From positions 9,437-73,436 of the forward strand of contig NZ_JBEBOW010000002.1 of the NCBI RefSeq assembly GCF_040396215.1: a stretch of 64,000 nt of DNA, given 5' to 3'. Each line of letters starts with the position of its first letter. Positions within the stretch are counted from its first letter, which is position 1. Below the pieces are notes generated by a model. The model worked only from the letters and a program-made list of their open reading frames with translations. It had not been told where the DNA came from and ran no database searches. Positions 54,867 through 64,000 of the stretch are shown piece by piece. The DNA comes from Diaphorobacter ruginosibacter. GTDB lineage: Bacteria > Pseudomonadota > Gammaproteobacteria > Burkholderiales > Burkholderiaceae_C. The translations under genes were made by a program, and so were the position numbers.

Positions 54867-56243
54867 ATGTCTTCCGAATCCACCGCCCGAACCGAAACCG
54901 CCGACCTTCCCGCACGCTCGTGGCGCGACGCATGGCTCGTCTATCTGCGCCCCGAGAGCCTGCGCATGCTGTCGCTGGGATTCGCCGCGGGCCTGCCGCT
55001 GCTGCTGGTGCTGGGCACGCTGTCGTTCCGGCTGCGCGAGGCGGGCATCGACCGCGGCACCATCGGACATCTGAGCTGGGTGGGCCTGGCGTATGGCTTC
55101 AAGTGGGTCTGGGCGCCGGTCGTCGATCGCGTGCCGCTGCCCTGGCTCACGCGCGCCATGGGCCGGCGGCGCAGCTGGCTGCTGGCGGCCCAGATCGGCG
55201 TGATGTGCGGGCTTGCGGGCATGGCGCTGTCCAACCCGCAGACGGCGCTCGGGCCCATCGTGGCGTGGGCGCTCGTCACGGCGTTCTCGTCGGCCACGCA
55301 GGACATTTCGCTGGATGCCTACCGCATCGAGTCCGCTCCGATGGATGAACAGGCGGCGCTGGCCGCAAGCTACCAGCTGGGCTACCGGCTGGCGATGATC
55401 TGGTCGGGCGCGGGCGTGCTGTGGCTGGCCGCGCGCTCCGAGGTCGCGTCCCTGGCCGGCGCCTACCAGGATGCCGCCTGGCGCATTGCCTATCTGGCGA
55501 TGGCCGCGTCGATGATCGTTGGCGTCATCACCGTCGTGCTCTCCCGCGAGGGGAAGGGGCGCGAGCTGCCGCCCGCGCGCGGCGCCCGGGAGTGGCTGCA
55601 AAGCGCGCTGATCGAACCTTTCGCCGATTTCTTCCGCCGCTACAGGTGGCACGCCGCGGTCATTCTCGCGTTGATCGCCGTCTACCGGATCAGCGATGTC
55701 GTCATGGGCATCATGGCCAATCCGTTCTATGTGGACATGGGTTTCACCAAGGACGAGGTGCTATCGGTCGTCAAGACCTACGGCATCGTCATGACCATCG
55801 CCGGCGGGTTTGTCGGCGGCGCCCTGTCGATGCGCCTTGGCGTGATGCGCGTGCTCATGCTGGGCGCGGTCCTCAGCGCGCTGACGAATCTGCTGTTCGC
55901 GTGGCTGGCCACCGTGGGCCACAACGTGCCCGCGCTGATCCTGGTGATCTCGGCGGACAACCTGGCATCCGGCATCGCTTCCGGGGCCTTCATCGGCTAC
56001 CTGTCCAGCCTCACCAACATCAGTTATTCGGCGTCGCAATACGCGCTGTTTTCCTCGCTTATGCTGCTGCTTCCCAAATTCGTCGCGGGCTTCTCGGGCG
56101 ACTTCGTGAACGCCTACGGCTACAGCCGCTTCTTCATCTCCACCGCCATGCTCGGCCTGCCCGTGCTGCTGTTGGTATGGGCCGCCGGCCACGTCAAGAA
56201 GCGCAGCGAGCATGCGCCCCCTGCTTCCTCCGAAGCCGGCTGA
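54867..56243 (+). CDS. ampG: AmpG-family muropeptide MFS permease
   Basis: LGFAAGLPLLLVLGTLSFRLREAGID and GLAYGFKWVWAPVVDR are typical of AmpG. Confidence 0.9.
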   Translation: MSSESTARTETADLPARSWRDAWLVYLRPESLRMLSLGFAAGLPLLLVLGTLSFRLREAGIDRGTIGHLSWVGLAYGFKWVWAPVVDRVPLPWLTRAMGRRRSWLLAAQIGVMCGLAGMALSNPQTALGPIVAWALVTAFSSATQDISLDAYRIESAPMDEQAALAASYQLGYRLAMIWSGAGVLWLAARSEVASLAGAYQDAAWRIAYLAMAASMIVGVITVVLSREGKGRELPPARGAREWLQSALIEPFADFFRRYRWHAAVILALIAVYRISDVVMGIMANPFYVDMGFTKDEVLSVVKTYGIVMTIAGGFVGGALSMRLGVMRVLMLGAVLSALTNLLFAWLATVGHNVPALILVISADNLASGIASGAFIGYLSSLTNISYSASQYALFSSLMLLLPKFVAGFSGDFVNAYGYSRFFISTAMLGLPVLLLVWAAGHVKKRSEHAPPASSEAG

Positions 56244-56283
56244 TAAACTGCCCGCGCGCCCTGCGCACCCCGTGCGTCCCGCG

Positions 56284-56299
56284 CTTTACCTATCTTTAC
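56284..56299 (+). promoter_or_regulatory. direct repeat CTTTAC-N4-CTTTAC (10-bp phasing) upstream of the response-regulator gene
   Basis: Read directly, about 105 nt upstream of ATG 56403. OmpR-family regulators typically bind phased direct repeats. Confidence 0.3.
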
Positions 56300-56402
56300 G
56301 GAAACGGCGAACACGAGCAGCACGGCTCATGCACCATGTCGGGAAGAAGCCAGCCCGGCTGGCGCCCGATGCCGTGATAGTGAAGCCCATCATTCCAACG
56401 CC

Positions 56403-57119
56403 ATGCCTCATAACCTGTTGATGATCGAAGATGACGCCCGGCTCGCCCAGATGGTGAGCGAGTATCTGGCGCAGTCCGGCCTGCACGTCTCGCACTGCGG
56501 CGACGGGCAAAGCGGCCTCTCGCGGCTGACCGGCCCCGACGCCGCCGAGTTGCCCGAGCTGGTGATTCTCGACCTGATGCTGCCCGACATGGACGGGCTG
56601 GAGATCTGCCGGCGCATCCGCTCGCTGCCAGCGCCCGCCTCGCAGGTGCCGGTGCTGATGCTCACCGCCAAGGGCGATCCGATGGACCGCGTGATCGGCC
56701 TGGAGATCGGCGCCGACGACTATCTGCCCAAACCCTTCGAGCCGCGCGAGCTGCTCGCGCGCATCCGCGCCATATTGCGCCGCCGCGAGACCGGCACGCC
56801 GGCCGCGGCGCAGACCATGCGCTTCGGTTCGCTGGAAATCGACCGCGATGCGCGCACCGTCACCGTCAACGGCCAGCCCGCCGAGCTGACCTCCTATCAG
56901 TTCGATCTGCTCGTCACCATCGCCGAGCGCGCCGGCCGCGTGCTGACGCGCGACCAGATCATGGAAGCCGTGCGCGGCCGCGAGCTGGAGGCATTCGACC
57001 GGTCGATCGACGTGCACATGGGCCGCATCCGCGCGGCCATCGAGGCCGACCCGAAGAACCCGCGCCGCATCCTCACCGTGCGCGGCGTGGGCTACGTGTT
57101 CGCCAAGCAGCAGGATTGA
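56403..57119 (+). CDS. OmpR/PhoB-family response regulator
   Basis: Receiver domain (LVILDLMLPDMDG, LTAKGD) and winged-helix output domain (LTVRGVGYVF). Confidence 0.93.
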   Translation: MPHNLLMIEDDARLAQMVSEYLAQSGLHVSHCGDGQSGLSRLTGPDAAELPELVILDLMLPDMDGLEICRRIRSLPAPASQVPVLMLTAKGDPMDRVIGLEIGADDYLPKPFEPRELLARIRAILRRRETGTPAAAQTMRFGSLEIDRDARTVTVNGQPAELTSYQFDLLVTIAERAGRVLTRDQIMEAVRGRELEAFDRSIDVHMGRIRAAIEADPKNPRRILTVRGVGYVFAKQQD

Positions 57120-57170
57120 GGCGGCGGCCCGCCTCGCCCACCGTCCCCGCATCCATCCAACGCCATAGAC

Positions 57171-58487
57171 ATGTCACTGATCAGCCCGTTTTCCCGACGC
57201 CTTTACCTGCGCATCTGGCTTGCGCTGGTGGGCGGCGTGCTGGTCTTCGCGTTCGTGGTGGGCCTGGCCTGGCGCTGGACGGCTGAACACAATGCCCAGC
57301 AGAACCAGCAGCAGCAACCTCCGGCCCGCGACATCGTTGTCACGGACGACGACGGCAACCTCGTTCTGCGCGGCCTTGCCACGCGCGTGCAGCGCGAGCC
57401 GCGCGAGCCCGGAGAGGCCGTGGAGTTCAGCATCGAAAGCGAGTCCGGGGAGATTTTCCAGATGCAGCTATCGCCCCGACCGCCGCGCCCGGACGGCGCG
57501 CGTGAAGGAGTCCGCGAGGGGGGCCGTGAAAGGCGCGACGGCCGTGGACGCGACCCGGCGCGCGACGTGGCGTTCTGGCTGCGCCCGCCATTCGGCTTCG
57601 TCTGGGTGCTCGCGGCCGTGGGGATCGCAGTCACCATCGGCGTGTTTCCCATCATCCGCCGCCTGCTGCAGCGGCTGGAGAATCTGCAGCGCAGCGTCAA
57701 GCGTTTTGGCGAGGGCGACCTGAAGGTGCGGGTGCGCGCCCAGGGCCATGATGAGGTGGCCGATCTCGCGCGCCAGTTCAACGCCGCCGCCTCGCGCATC
57801 GAGACCCTGGTGCAGTCGCACAAGTCGCTGCTGGCCAACGCATCGCACGAATTGCGCTCGCCGCTCACCCGCATCCGCATGGGCATGGAGCTGATGCAGG
57901 ACGGCACGCCGTCGCCCGCGTCGCGCGCCGAGATCCTGCGCAACATCACCGAACTCGACCAGCTCGTCGATGAGATCCTGCTGGCCAGCCGGCTTGACGC
58001 CGGGGCGGCCGACGTCGGCACCATGGAGCCCGTCGATCTGCTGGGACTGGCCGCCGAGGAATGCGCGCGCGTGGACGCCGACCTGAACGCCCATACCGAG
58101 GGGCTGCAGGCAACCGACCTGGACGTCGAAGGCATCGCCAAGCTGCTGCGCCGCGCGGTGCGCAACCTGCTGGAGAACGCGCGCCGCTACAGCCAGGGCG
58201 AGATCACGCTGGAGCTGTCGCGGGAAGGCGGCGAAGTCGTGATCCGCGTGTGCGACCACGGCCCCGGCGTTGCGCCCGACCAGCGCGAACGCATCTTCGA
58301 GCCGTTCTACCGTCTGCCCGGCGCCAGCGAGCGCTCGGGGGGCGTCGGCCTGGGCCTCGCGCTGGTGCGCTCGATCGCCCAGCGGCACCACGGCAGCGTG
58401 CGCTGCGAGGACCGGCCGGACCACCAAAGCGGCGCCTGCTTCGTTCTTCGGCTGCCCGCCGTGCGCAACCAGAACATGGCGGGATGA
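57171..58487 (+). CDS. sensor histidine kinase (HAMP-HisKA-HATPase)
   Basis: H-box SHELRSPLT, N-box LLENARRY, and G-boxes DHGPGV and GLGLALV. Two TM segments. Confidence 0.92.
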   Translation: MSLISPFSRRLYLRIWLALVGGVLVFAFVVGLAWRWTAEHNAQQNQQQQPPARDIVVTDDDGNLVLRGLATRVQREPREPGEAVEFSIESESGEIFQMQLSPRPPRPDGAREGVREGGRERRDGRGRDPARDVAFWLRPPFGFVWVLAAVGIAVTIGVFPIIRRLLQRLENLQRSVKRFGEGDLKVRVRAQGHDEVADLARQFNAAASRIETLVQSHKSLLANASHELRSPLTRIRMGMELMQDGTPSPASRAEILRNITELDQLVDEILLASRLDAGAADVGTMEPVDLLGLAAEECARVDADLNAHTEGLQATDLDVEGIAKLLRRAVRNLLENARRYSQGEITLELSREGGEVVIRVCDHGPGVAPDQRERIFEPFYRLPGASERSGGVGLGLALVRSIAQRHHGSVRCEDRPDHQSGACFVLRLPAVRNQNMAG

Positions 58488-58509
58488 GGCCCGCGCGGGG
58501 CGATCTCCC

Positions 58510-59781
58510 TCATTCCTGGCGGCGCGGCCAGGCCAGCACCGACACGGCGTACATCGCGGCGCCCAGCACCAGTGCCGACGCGGCGAAAATCAAGGCCCGC
58601 TCGAATCCCTGGCCTTGCGTGGAATGCTGGAGCAGCCAGTTCACCAGCGGCGGCCCCGAGATCTGTCCGATCCCGTAGAGCACGCTGACCAGCGCGACGA
58701 AGCTGTCCGCCGACGAGGGCCAGAGGCGGCGCGCCTCGCGCAGGCCAAAGAAGGTGATCACCGTGAACGGCAATCCGACCAGCAGGCTGCCCAGCGCGAA
58801 CCCCAGCGTGTCCGGAAGCAGCAGCCCCAGCACGACGCCCGCGGCCTGCACCAGGAAGGCCGCCACGAGCACCAGGCGCTGGTCCCACTGCGGGCGCGCG
58901 CGCGTGCTGGCCACGGTCCCCACGACCGCGCCCACGCCGGCGATCGGCCAGAAAAGATCCGCCCAGACGGAGTGGCCCGGCAACGCCCCGCGCGCGATCA
59001 CCGGAAGAAAGGTGGCGGTCACGATGTAGCCCAGCCCGGACAGGCCGTAAGCCACCGCGTGGATCACTCTGGCGGCCACGGGCGCCGCCGCCTGCGCCGA
59101 TGCCTGCGCGCCGGACTTCGCATGACCCGGATGGAGCGCCGCCCGGCCCGCGATCACCGGCCAGATAGGCACGCATAGCAAGGCCGCCAATACCGCGAAC
59201 AGCAGCCAGCCGCTCGCGGCGCGCCAATGCATCGCCACCATGCCGCTGGTGAGCACGCCGGTGAGCGCGATGCCCAGCCCCGGCCCCGCATAGATGAGCG
59301 CCGCCAGCTCGGGGCGGCCCAGGGCCGCCAGGCGCACCATGCACCAGGAGGTCAGGCCGAGCAACGTGATCGCGCTGGCCAGCCCCGCGCCGAAGCGCAG
59401 CACCGTCCAGAACTGGGAAAACGGCAGCGCCATGGCGGCAGTGAACACCGCCGTGATGGCAATGCCCAGCTTGACCAGCACCGCCGGGTGCAGCACCTCG
59501 TAGGCGCGCGGCGCAAGCCACGGCAGCGCCATTCCCAGCAATGCGCCGGCCAGATAGCCCAGATAGTTGGCCGTCGCCAGCCAGCTCCCCTGCGCCAGGG
59601 TGATCACCCCGTCGTGCAGCATCATGGGCAGCAGCGGCGTGAAGGCGAAGCGCCCTATGCCCATGGCAATGGCCAGCGCGGCCATACCCGCCAACGCGAT
59701 GCGCCACGGGCGCGTCGAACCGCTGGCGGCCTGCAGGCCTCGGGGTTGGCCCTCCGAAGATTTCAAGGACATGCTCTCCAT
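58510..59781 (-). CDS. YbfB/YjiJ-family MFS transporter
   Basis: GIGRFAFTPLLPMM...WLATANYLGYLAGAL is typical of the family. 12 TM-like segments. Confidence 0.82.
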   Translation of the reverse strand: MESMSLKSSEGQPRGLQAASGSTRPWRIALAGMAALAIAMGIGRFAFTPLLPMMLHDGVITLAQGSWLATANYLGYLAGALLGMALPWLAPRAYEVLHPAVLVKLGIAITAVFTAAMALPFSQFWTVLRFGAGLASAITLLGLTSWCMVRLAALGRPELAALIYAGPGLGIALTGVLTSGMVAMHWRAASGWLLFAVLAALLCVPIWPVIAGRAALHPGHAKSGAQASAQAAAPVAARVIHAVAYGLSGLGYIVTATFLPVIARGALPGHSVWADLFWPIAGVGAVVGTVASTRARPQWDQRLVLVAAFLVQAAGVVLGLLLPDTLGFALGSLLVGLPFTVITFFGLREARRLWPSSADSFVALVSVLYGIGQISGPPLVNWLLQHSTQGQGFERALIFAASALVLGAAMYAVSVLAWPRRQE

Positions 59782-59817
59782 GGTGATTTCATTCTTGTTT
59801 CAAGATTGTTTTTTATA

Positions 59818-59843
59818 TGATAATCTCAAAAAAAGATTTATCA
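59818..59843. promoter_or_regulatory. candidate LysR-type binding site TGATAA-N14-TTATCA in divergent promoter region
   Basis: Perfect 6-bp inverted half-sites in the AT-rich 75-bp spacer between the MFS gene (start 59781) and the LysR gene (GTG 59857). Confidence 0.4.
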
Positions 59844-59856
59844 GGAAATAATTACC

Positions 59857-60753
59857 GTGGATTTGCTTGCGCTGGAGATTTTTCGCGCGGTGGCCGAGGA
59901 ACGCAGCGTCACCCGCGCCGCCGAGCGGCTGGGCCGCGTGCAGTCCAACGTGACCACGCGCGTGCAGCAGCTCGAAGAGCAGTTGGGCACGGCGCTGTTC
60001 GTGCGCGAAGGCCGCCGCATGCTGCTGACGCCCACGGGTGAGACGCTGCTGGGCTATGCCGAGCGCCTGCTCGCCCTGGCCGAGGAGGCGCGGCAGGCCG
60101 TGTCGCCCGGACGGCCCACGGGCCAGCTGCGGATCGGCGCCATGGAAAGCACCTCCCTGGCCCGGCTGCCCCAGCCGCTGGCCGACATGCATTCCCGGTG
60201 GCCCGAGCTGCAGCTCGAGCTTCGCACTTCGCCTTCGCGCCAGTTGGTGGAACAGCTGCTCGCCTACCAGATCGACGCCGCCCTGGTGGCCTGGCCTCCT
60301 CCCGGCGTGGACGCGGATGAGCTGGCGCTCGACCTCGCACCCGTCTTCAACGAGCAACTGCTGCTGGTTCTGCCGGCAACCCATCCCCCCGTGCGCTCGG
60401 CCCGGGACCTGCAGATCCACACGCTGGCCGCGTTCACGCGCGGCTGCACCTACCGGCAGATCGGCGAGGAGTGGATGCGCGGGCACGGCAAGCACGCGCC
60501 GCGCGTGCGCGAACTGGCGTCCTATCCCGCCATCCTCGCCTGCGTGGCCGCGGGAAGCTGCGCGGGCATCGTGCCGCAATCCGTGCTCGAGCAGCTGCGC
60601 GCGCCGCCCGCCCTGCAGTGCGTGCCGCTCGCGCAATGCGCCACCATGCTGGCGACCCGGCGCGGATACGGCACGCCGGCGCTGGACGCCTTCCGGCAGG
60701 CGCTGCAGGCCGGCGCGCCGCCAGCACCCCATCCACAGAACATGAACCACTGA
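59857..60753 (+). CDS. LysR-family transcriptional regulator
   Basis: LEIFRAVAEERSVTRAAERLGRVQSNVTTRVQQLEEQLGTALF. GTG start. Confidence 0.9.
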   Translation: MDLLALEIFRAVAEERSVTRAAERLGRVQSNVTTRVQQLEEQLGTALFVREGRRMLLTPTGETLLGYAERLLALAEEARQAVSPGRPTGQLRIGAMESTSLARLPQPLADMHSRWPELQLELRTSPSRQLVEQLLAYQIDAALVAWPPPGVDADELALDLAPVFNEQLLLVLPATHPPVRSARDLQIHTLAAFTRGCTYRQIGEEWMRGHGKHAPRVRELASYPAILACVAAGSCAGIVPQSVLEQLRAPPALQCVPLAQCATMLATRRGYGTPALDAFRQALQAGAPPAPHPQNMNH

Positions 60754-60766
60754 CCGAGGAGCCCGC

Positions 60767-61820
60767 CATGACCACCCCATCCCTGTTTGCGCGACTGGGT
60801 ATCGAACACCCCATCATCCAGGGCCCGATGACCGGCTCGGACACGCCCGCGCTGGCCGCAGCCGTCTCCAGCGCCGGAGCGCTGGGCATGCTGGGCTGCG
60901 GAATGCGCTCGCCCACAGCCATGAAGGAAGCCGCTGAAGCGGTGCGCGCGGCCACCGACCGGCCCTTCGGCATGAATCTGTTCGTGCTGAAAACACCGTC
61001 GCCCGACCCATCAGCCGTGCAAAAGGCCATGGCGCGGCTGGAGCCGCTGTATGCCGAATTCGGCCTGCAGCCCGCCATTCCCGCGCAATGGTGCGAGAAC
61101 TTCGAGGCGCAGTTCGAGATGCTGCTGGCATTGCGCCCGCCCGTGGCGAGCTTCACCTTCGGCATCCTCACCCGGAACCAGACCGAGCGCCTGCACGCGG
61201 CGGGCATCCCGGTGATCGGCACCGCCACGACCGTGGCCGAAGCCGAGGCCTGGGAAATCGTGGGCGCCGACGCCGTCTGCGTGAGCGGCATGGAAGCGGG
61301 CGGCCATCGCGGCACCTTCCTGGGCGACTTCCAGGCCAGCATGATCGGCACCCTGCCCCTGGTGGCCGAATGCACGCGCCGGCTGAGCGTGCCGGTGATC
61401 GCCGCGGGCGGCATCATGGACGGGCGCGGCATCGCCGCGGCACAGGCGCTGGGCGCGGCAGCCGTGCAGATGGGGACGGCGTTTCTCGTCTGCCCCGAAT
61501 CCGGCATCGGAGCGGCCTACCGCGAAGCGTTGGCCGGGGCATCGGCCTGCGACACCCGCTGCACCCGCATCTTCTCGGGCCGCCCATCGCGCGGCATCGT
61601 CAACACGATGATGGAAAAACTCGCCGGCTTCGAGCAGGATGTGCCCGAATACCCGGTGCAGAACGCGCTCACGGGGGCGCTTCGCCGCGCGGCGGGGGCG
61701 CAGGGCCGCGCGGACTATCTGTCGCTGTGGGCCGGACAGGGCGTGGCGCTGGCCCGCGCGATCCCCGCCGGCGAACTCGTGGCCACGCTGGTGCGCGAGA
61801 GAAGCGCCGCAGCCGCCTGA
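60767..61820 (+). CDS. nitronate monooxygenase (NMO/2-nitropropane dioxygenase family)
   Basis: IEHPIIQGPMTGSDTPALAAAVSSAGALGML and GMEAGGHRG. Trimmed to ATG 60767. Confidence 0.9.
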
Positions 61821-61830
61821 CAGCCAGGAC

Positions 61831-62589
61831 TCAGTCGTTCCACCAGCGTGTTTTCTCGCGCTGGTGGCGATGCCTGAACCGCAGGAACACGTTGTCGTTG
61901 GGCTCGCGCTGCAGCCGCTCGAACAGCTCCATCACGACGACGCCCAGCGGATGCAGGGCGCACACGTCCTGCAGCCGCCAGCGCAGGTTGCGCAGCGTGT
62001 CGTCGGTGCCGGGAATGAAGCCCGCGATCCCGTCGAACAGGCCGACACGGTGTGTCCGCAGCGCATCGAGCGACTCCTGGCGATCGGGCGCAGCGGTGTC
62101 CACGCCCTTGATATAGCGCTCCGTCTCGGCCAGCTTGACCGTATTGACCAGCAATGGGCCGTTCATCGCCACGGCGCGCAATACGGGGTCGCCGTCATGG
62201 TCGATGAAGGTATCGCACGCCGAGATAAGCCAGCGCATGTCCAGATGCCCGGCGAGAAAATCACGCTCGGCTATCCACATGCGCTTGAAGCGCGCGTAGT
62301 TGGCCTGGACGTCCGCCTCGCGGCGGATCAGCACGATCAGCATGGCATGCTGGTACAGCAGTTCGCTCTGGCCGATGAATTCACGCCGCACCCGCGCCAG
62401 GTGCTCGTTCAGATCGACGACGGAGCCGTGCGCATGCTGCGGCTCCTCCTCTCCCGCGACGATGCTGGAGCGCAAGGCGGCAAAGTCCTGCGAATCCAGC
62501 TGCGGCGCAAGCGCGTCCGCGCCAAAGCGGCGGCGGTGCCGGGTGAAGGAGAACCACTTCTCGAAGGCGGATTTGCGGCGATGGATCAT
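61831..62589 (-). CDS. hypothetical protein (252 aa), no family recognised
   Basis: The ORF has neighbour-like codon usage. It lies downstream of the glycosyltransferase and is separated from it by the short MITE-like hairpin. Confidence 0.55.
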   Translation of the reverse strand: MIHRRKSAFEKWFSFTRHRRRFGADALAPQLDSQDFAALRSSIVAGEEEPQHAHGSVVDLNEHLARVRREFIGQSELLYQHAMLIVLIRREADVQANYARFKRMWIAERDFLAGHLDMRWLISACDTFIDHDGDPVLRAVAMNGPLLVNTVKLAETERYIKGVDTAAPDRQESLDALRTHRVGLFDGIAGFIPGTDDTLRNLRWRLQDVCALHPLGVVVMELFERLQREPNDNVFLRFRHRHQREKTRWWND

Positions 62590-62662
62590 GGGATTCCAAC
62601 CATAGCATGTCTGGCGGCGGGCGCTGGGCGCGGGCGCCGATACAGGCCCCGCCTCTATCTAA

Positions 62663-62712
62663 GAACGTGTTTACGATCTCTACGCAGCCGCGAGGAGATC
62701 GTAAACACGTTC
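62663..62712. mobile_element. MITE-like element, short internally deleted copy (50 bp; 18-bp perfect stem, 14-nt loop), flanked by direct TAA
   Basis: GAACGTGTTTACGATCTC-TACGCAGCCGCGAG-GAGATCGTAAACACGTTC. TAA occurs at 62660-62662 and 62713-62715. Its termini are identical to those of the 20153-20419 copy, in inverted orientation. Confidence 0.55.
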
Positions 62713-63692
62713 TAACGGGTACCGCCGAGATAACGGCCGATGATGCTGTCGGCGCGCACCAGATGGCGCTGCATGTAGAGCTCGAGCCGCTTGCGGTCGG
62801 GCTTGCGCAGCTTGACCATCGGCGGCATGCACGCCGCGGCCGGACGCATCATGAGCTGCACCTTGAGGTGCGCGCGGCTCCAGCCCGATGCGTGGTGATA
62901 GAGAAACGGCCCGTCCTCCGCGCGCCACAGCGCCAGCCGGTAGCCGCCGCGCCGACGCATCACGTATTGCAGCGCGAGATGCATCGTCAGGTATTCCGGC
63001 GAGAAGATGCGCTGGCGCAACTGGTCATACATGCCTTCGGCGCGCAGCATCTCGATGTATTGCGCATTGCTGCCCGGCACCACGCGCGTGGTGAACTCGT
63101 GCTGAAGATCGGCGATGAACGGGCTGCCCGGCGGCGCCGCCATGAACCAGTTCTCCACCACCGGGAAGGCGGGATCGCTGGTGAACTGCTCGAGATAGAA
63201 GCCCACGTAGTCGCTGCGCGACCGCGCCTGCGCGTCGATCACCCAGTCGAGCGGCGCGGTGAGGATCGTGCTCGCATCCAGCCAGATGCCGCCATGCCGG
63301 CGCAGCAATTCCACGCGCACCCAGTCCGCCCGCTTGGGCGCGCTGGCCTGGTCGAGCGCCTGTGGAATGCCATCGAGATACTGGAGCGCGCTGTGCTCGT
63401 CGAGGATGCGGATCTCGAAATCCGGGCACATGGCGCGCCAGTTGTCGAAACAGCGGCGAATCAGCTCGGGCTGCGAAGGCCCGCTCCAGAAGGCCCAGAT
63501 GATGCGCGGAATCGCCCCGCCGCGCGCTGCGGGAAACTCTGTCCCGTCGGCGGTCGGTATCTCGTGGCATCGCGGAGGCGGTTGCGCATAGTCGCGAACG
63601 GGTTTGCCGAACCATTGGTTCCAGCCGTAGATCAGCCGCGCAAGCAGCATCTCGCCCCGGTCGCGCAGCGGCAATGAGGTGTGCCGGCTCAT
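62712..63692 (-). CDS. glycosyltransferase, capsular-polysaccharide-synthesis (Caps_synth / DXD sugar transferase)-like
   Basis: IPRIIWAFWSG, ADWVRVELLRRHGGIWLDAS and ENWFMAAPPGSPF are typical of this family as I remember it. The stop codon TAG (complement of 62712-62714) is built from the MITE end plus its flank. Confidence 0.72.
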   Translation of the reverse strand: MSRHTSLPLRDRGEMLLARLIYGWNQWFGKPVRDYAQPPPRCHEIPTADGTEFPAARGGAIPRIIWAFWSGPSQPELIRRCFDNWRAMCPDFEIRILDEHSALQYLDGIPQALDQASAPKRADWVRVELLRRHGGIWLDASTILTAPLDWVIDAQARSRSDYVGFYLEQFTSDPAFPVVENWFMAAPPGSPFIADLQHEFTTRVVPGSNAQYIEMLRAEGMYDQLRQRIFSPEYLTMHLALQYVMRRRGGYRLALWRAEDGPFLYHHASGWSRAHLKVQLMMRPAAACMPPMVKLRKPDRKRLELYMQRHLVRADSIIGRYLGGTR

Positions 63693-64000
63693 GCGGCGGC
63701 CTCAGCGCGGCGCAGCCACTTGCGCAGCTTGCGCGCGCGCAGCCACCAGCCGCGCGCGGCGTAGGCCTTGCACAAGGCTTCGGGCGCCAATGGCGATGAC
63801 GCGGCGAAGGCCTCGCGCGCCTGCCGCATCGCGCCTTGCCCGCCCGCGCCCTCCATGCCGTCCAGATAACGCATCGCACCGATGAAGTTGCGCGCGCTCT
63901 GGTGAGCCAGGGCAAGCAGCAGCCGCGCATCGTCCGCGCAGACGCTGCCCGCGAGCGCTCCCCGAAAGCCTACCAGGGCCCGCGCCTGATCGAGCGCCTT
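63689..64000 (-). CDS. C-terminal part of an unknown protein; ORF enters from beyond the right edge
   Basis: The reverse frame is open from 64000 to the stop at 63689 (104 codons: KALDQARALVGFRGALAGS...KWLRRAEAAA). The stop overlaps the glycosyltransferase ATG (ATGA). Confidence 0.45.
   Translation of the reverse strand, partial: KALDQARALVGFRGALAGSVCADDARLLLALAHQSARNFIGAMRYLDGMEGAGGQGAMRQAREAFAASSPLAPEALCKAYAARGWWLRARKLRKWLRRAEAAA

Overview
High-GC proteobacterial chromosome segment. The gene content (several Bug/TctC solute receptors, an IPTL-CTERM-type surface protein, mreBCD-mrdA, gatCAB) suggests a Comamonadaceae-like betaproteobacterium, but that is inference only. I support about 60 protein-coding genes. 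I saw no rRNA, tRNA or CRISPR array.

Layout, left to right:
- A ParD-like gene and a PAPS-reductase-like gene
- An Mla/MCE-type ABC transporter operon and a GMC oxidoreductase
- An unknown secreted protein with an internal duplication
- amtB with sigma54/NtrC-type signals, then mrdA-mreD-mreC-mreB and gatCAB
- A PAS-GGDEF-EAL protein, then pyrE and xth
- A translationally coupled acyl-CoA dehydrogenase/SDR/kinase operon with a GntR regulator
- A co-directional catabolic island of about 14 kb (30.3-44.2 kb) that mixes meta-cleavage-type enzymes, two PhtD-like decarboxylases, Bug receptors and a porin
- Housekeeping and regulatory genes (MBL hydrolase, EamA, AraC, ampG, a two-component system, MFS, LysR, nitronate monooxygenase) and a small glycosyltransferase locus

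The most unusual locus is 44.6-52.2 kb. Three tandem phage-tail-collar-domain paralogs are packed directly upstream of a surface protein of about 1,530 aa, and there is no phage context. The surface protein has beta-propeller-like repeats, six Cys-pair Ig-like repeats and an IPTL-CTERM-like anchor. The locus is flanked by two paralogous small proteins (one with a Tat signal) and a GNAT.

A second non-genic signal is a MITE-like element present as a 267-bp copy (20.15 kb) and a 50-bp internally deleted copy (62.66 kb). Each copy is flanked by a 3-bp direct duplication.

All family assignments come from motif recognition by eye. No database search was run. Many very long ORFs in the track are antisense artefacts of the high GC content.
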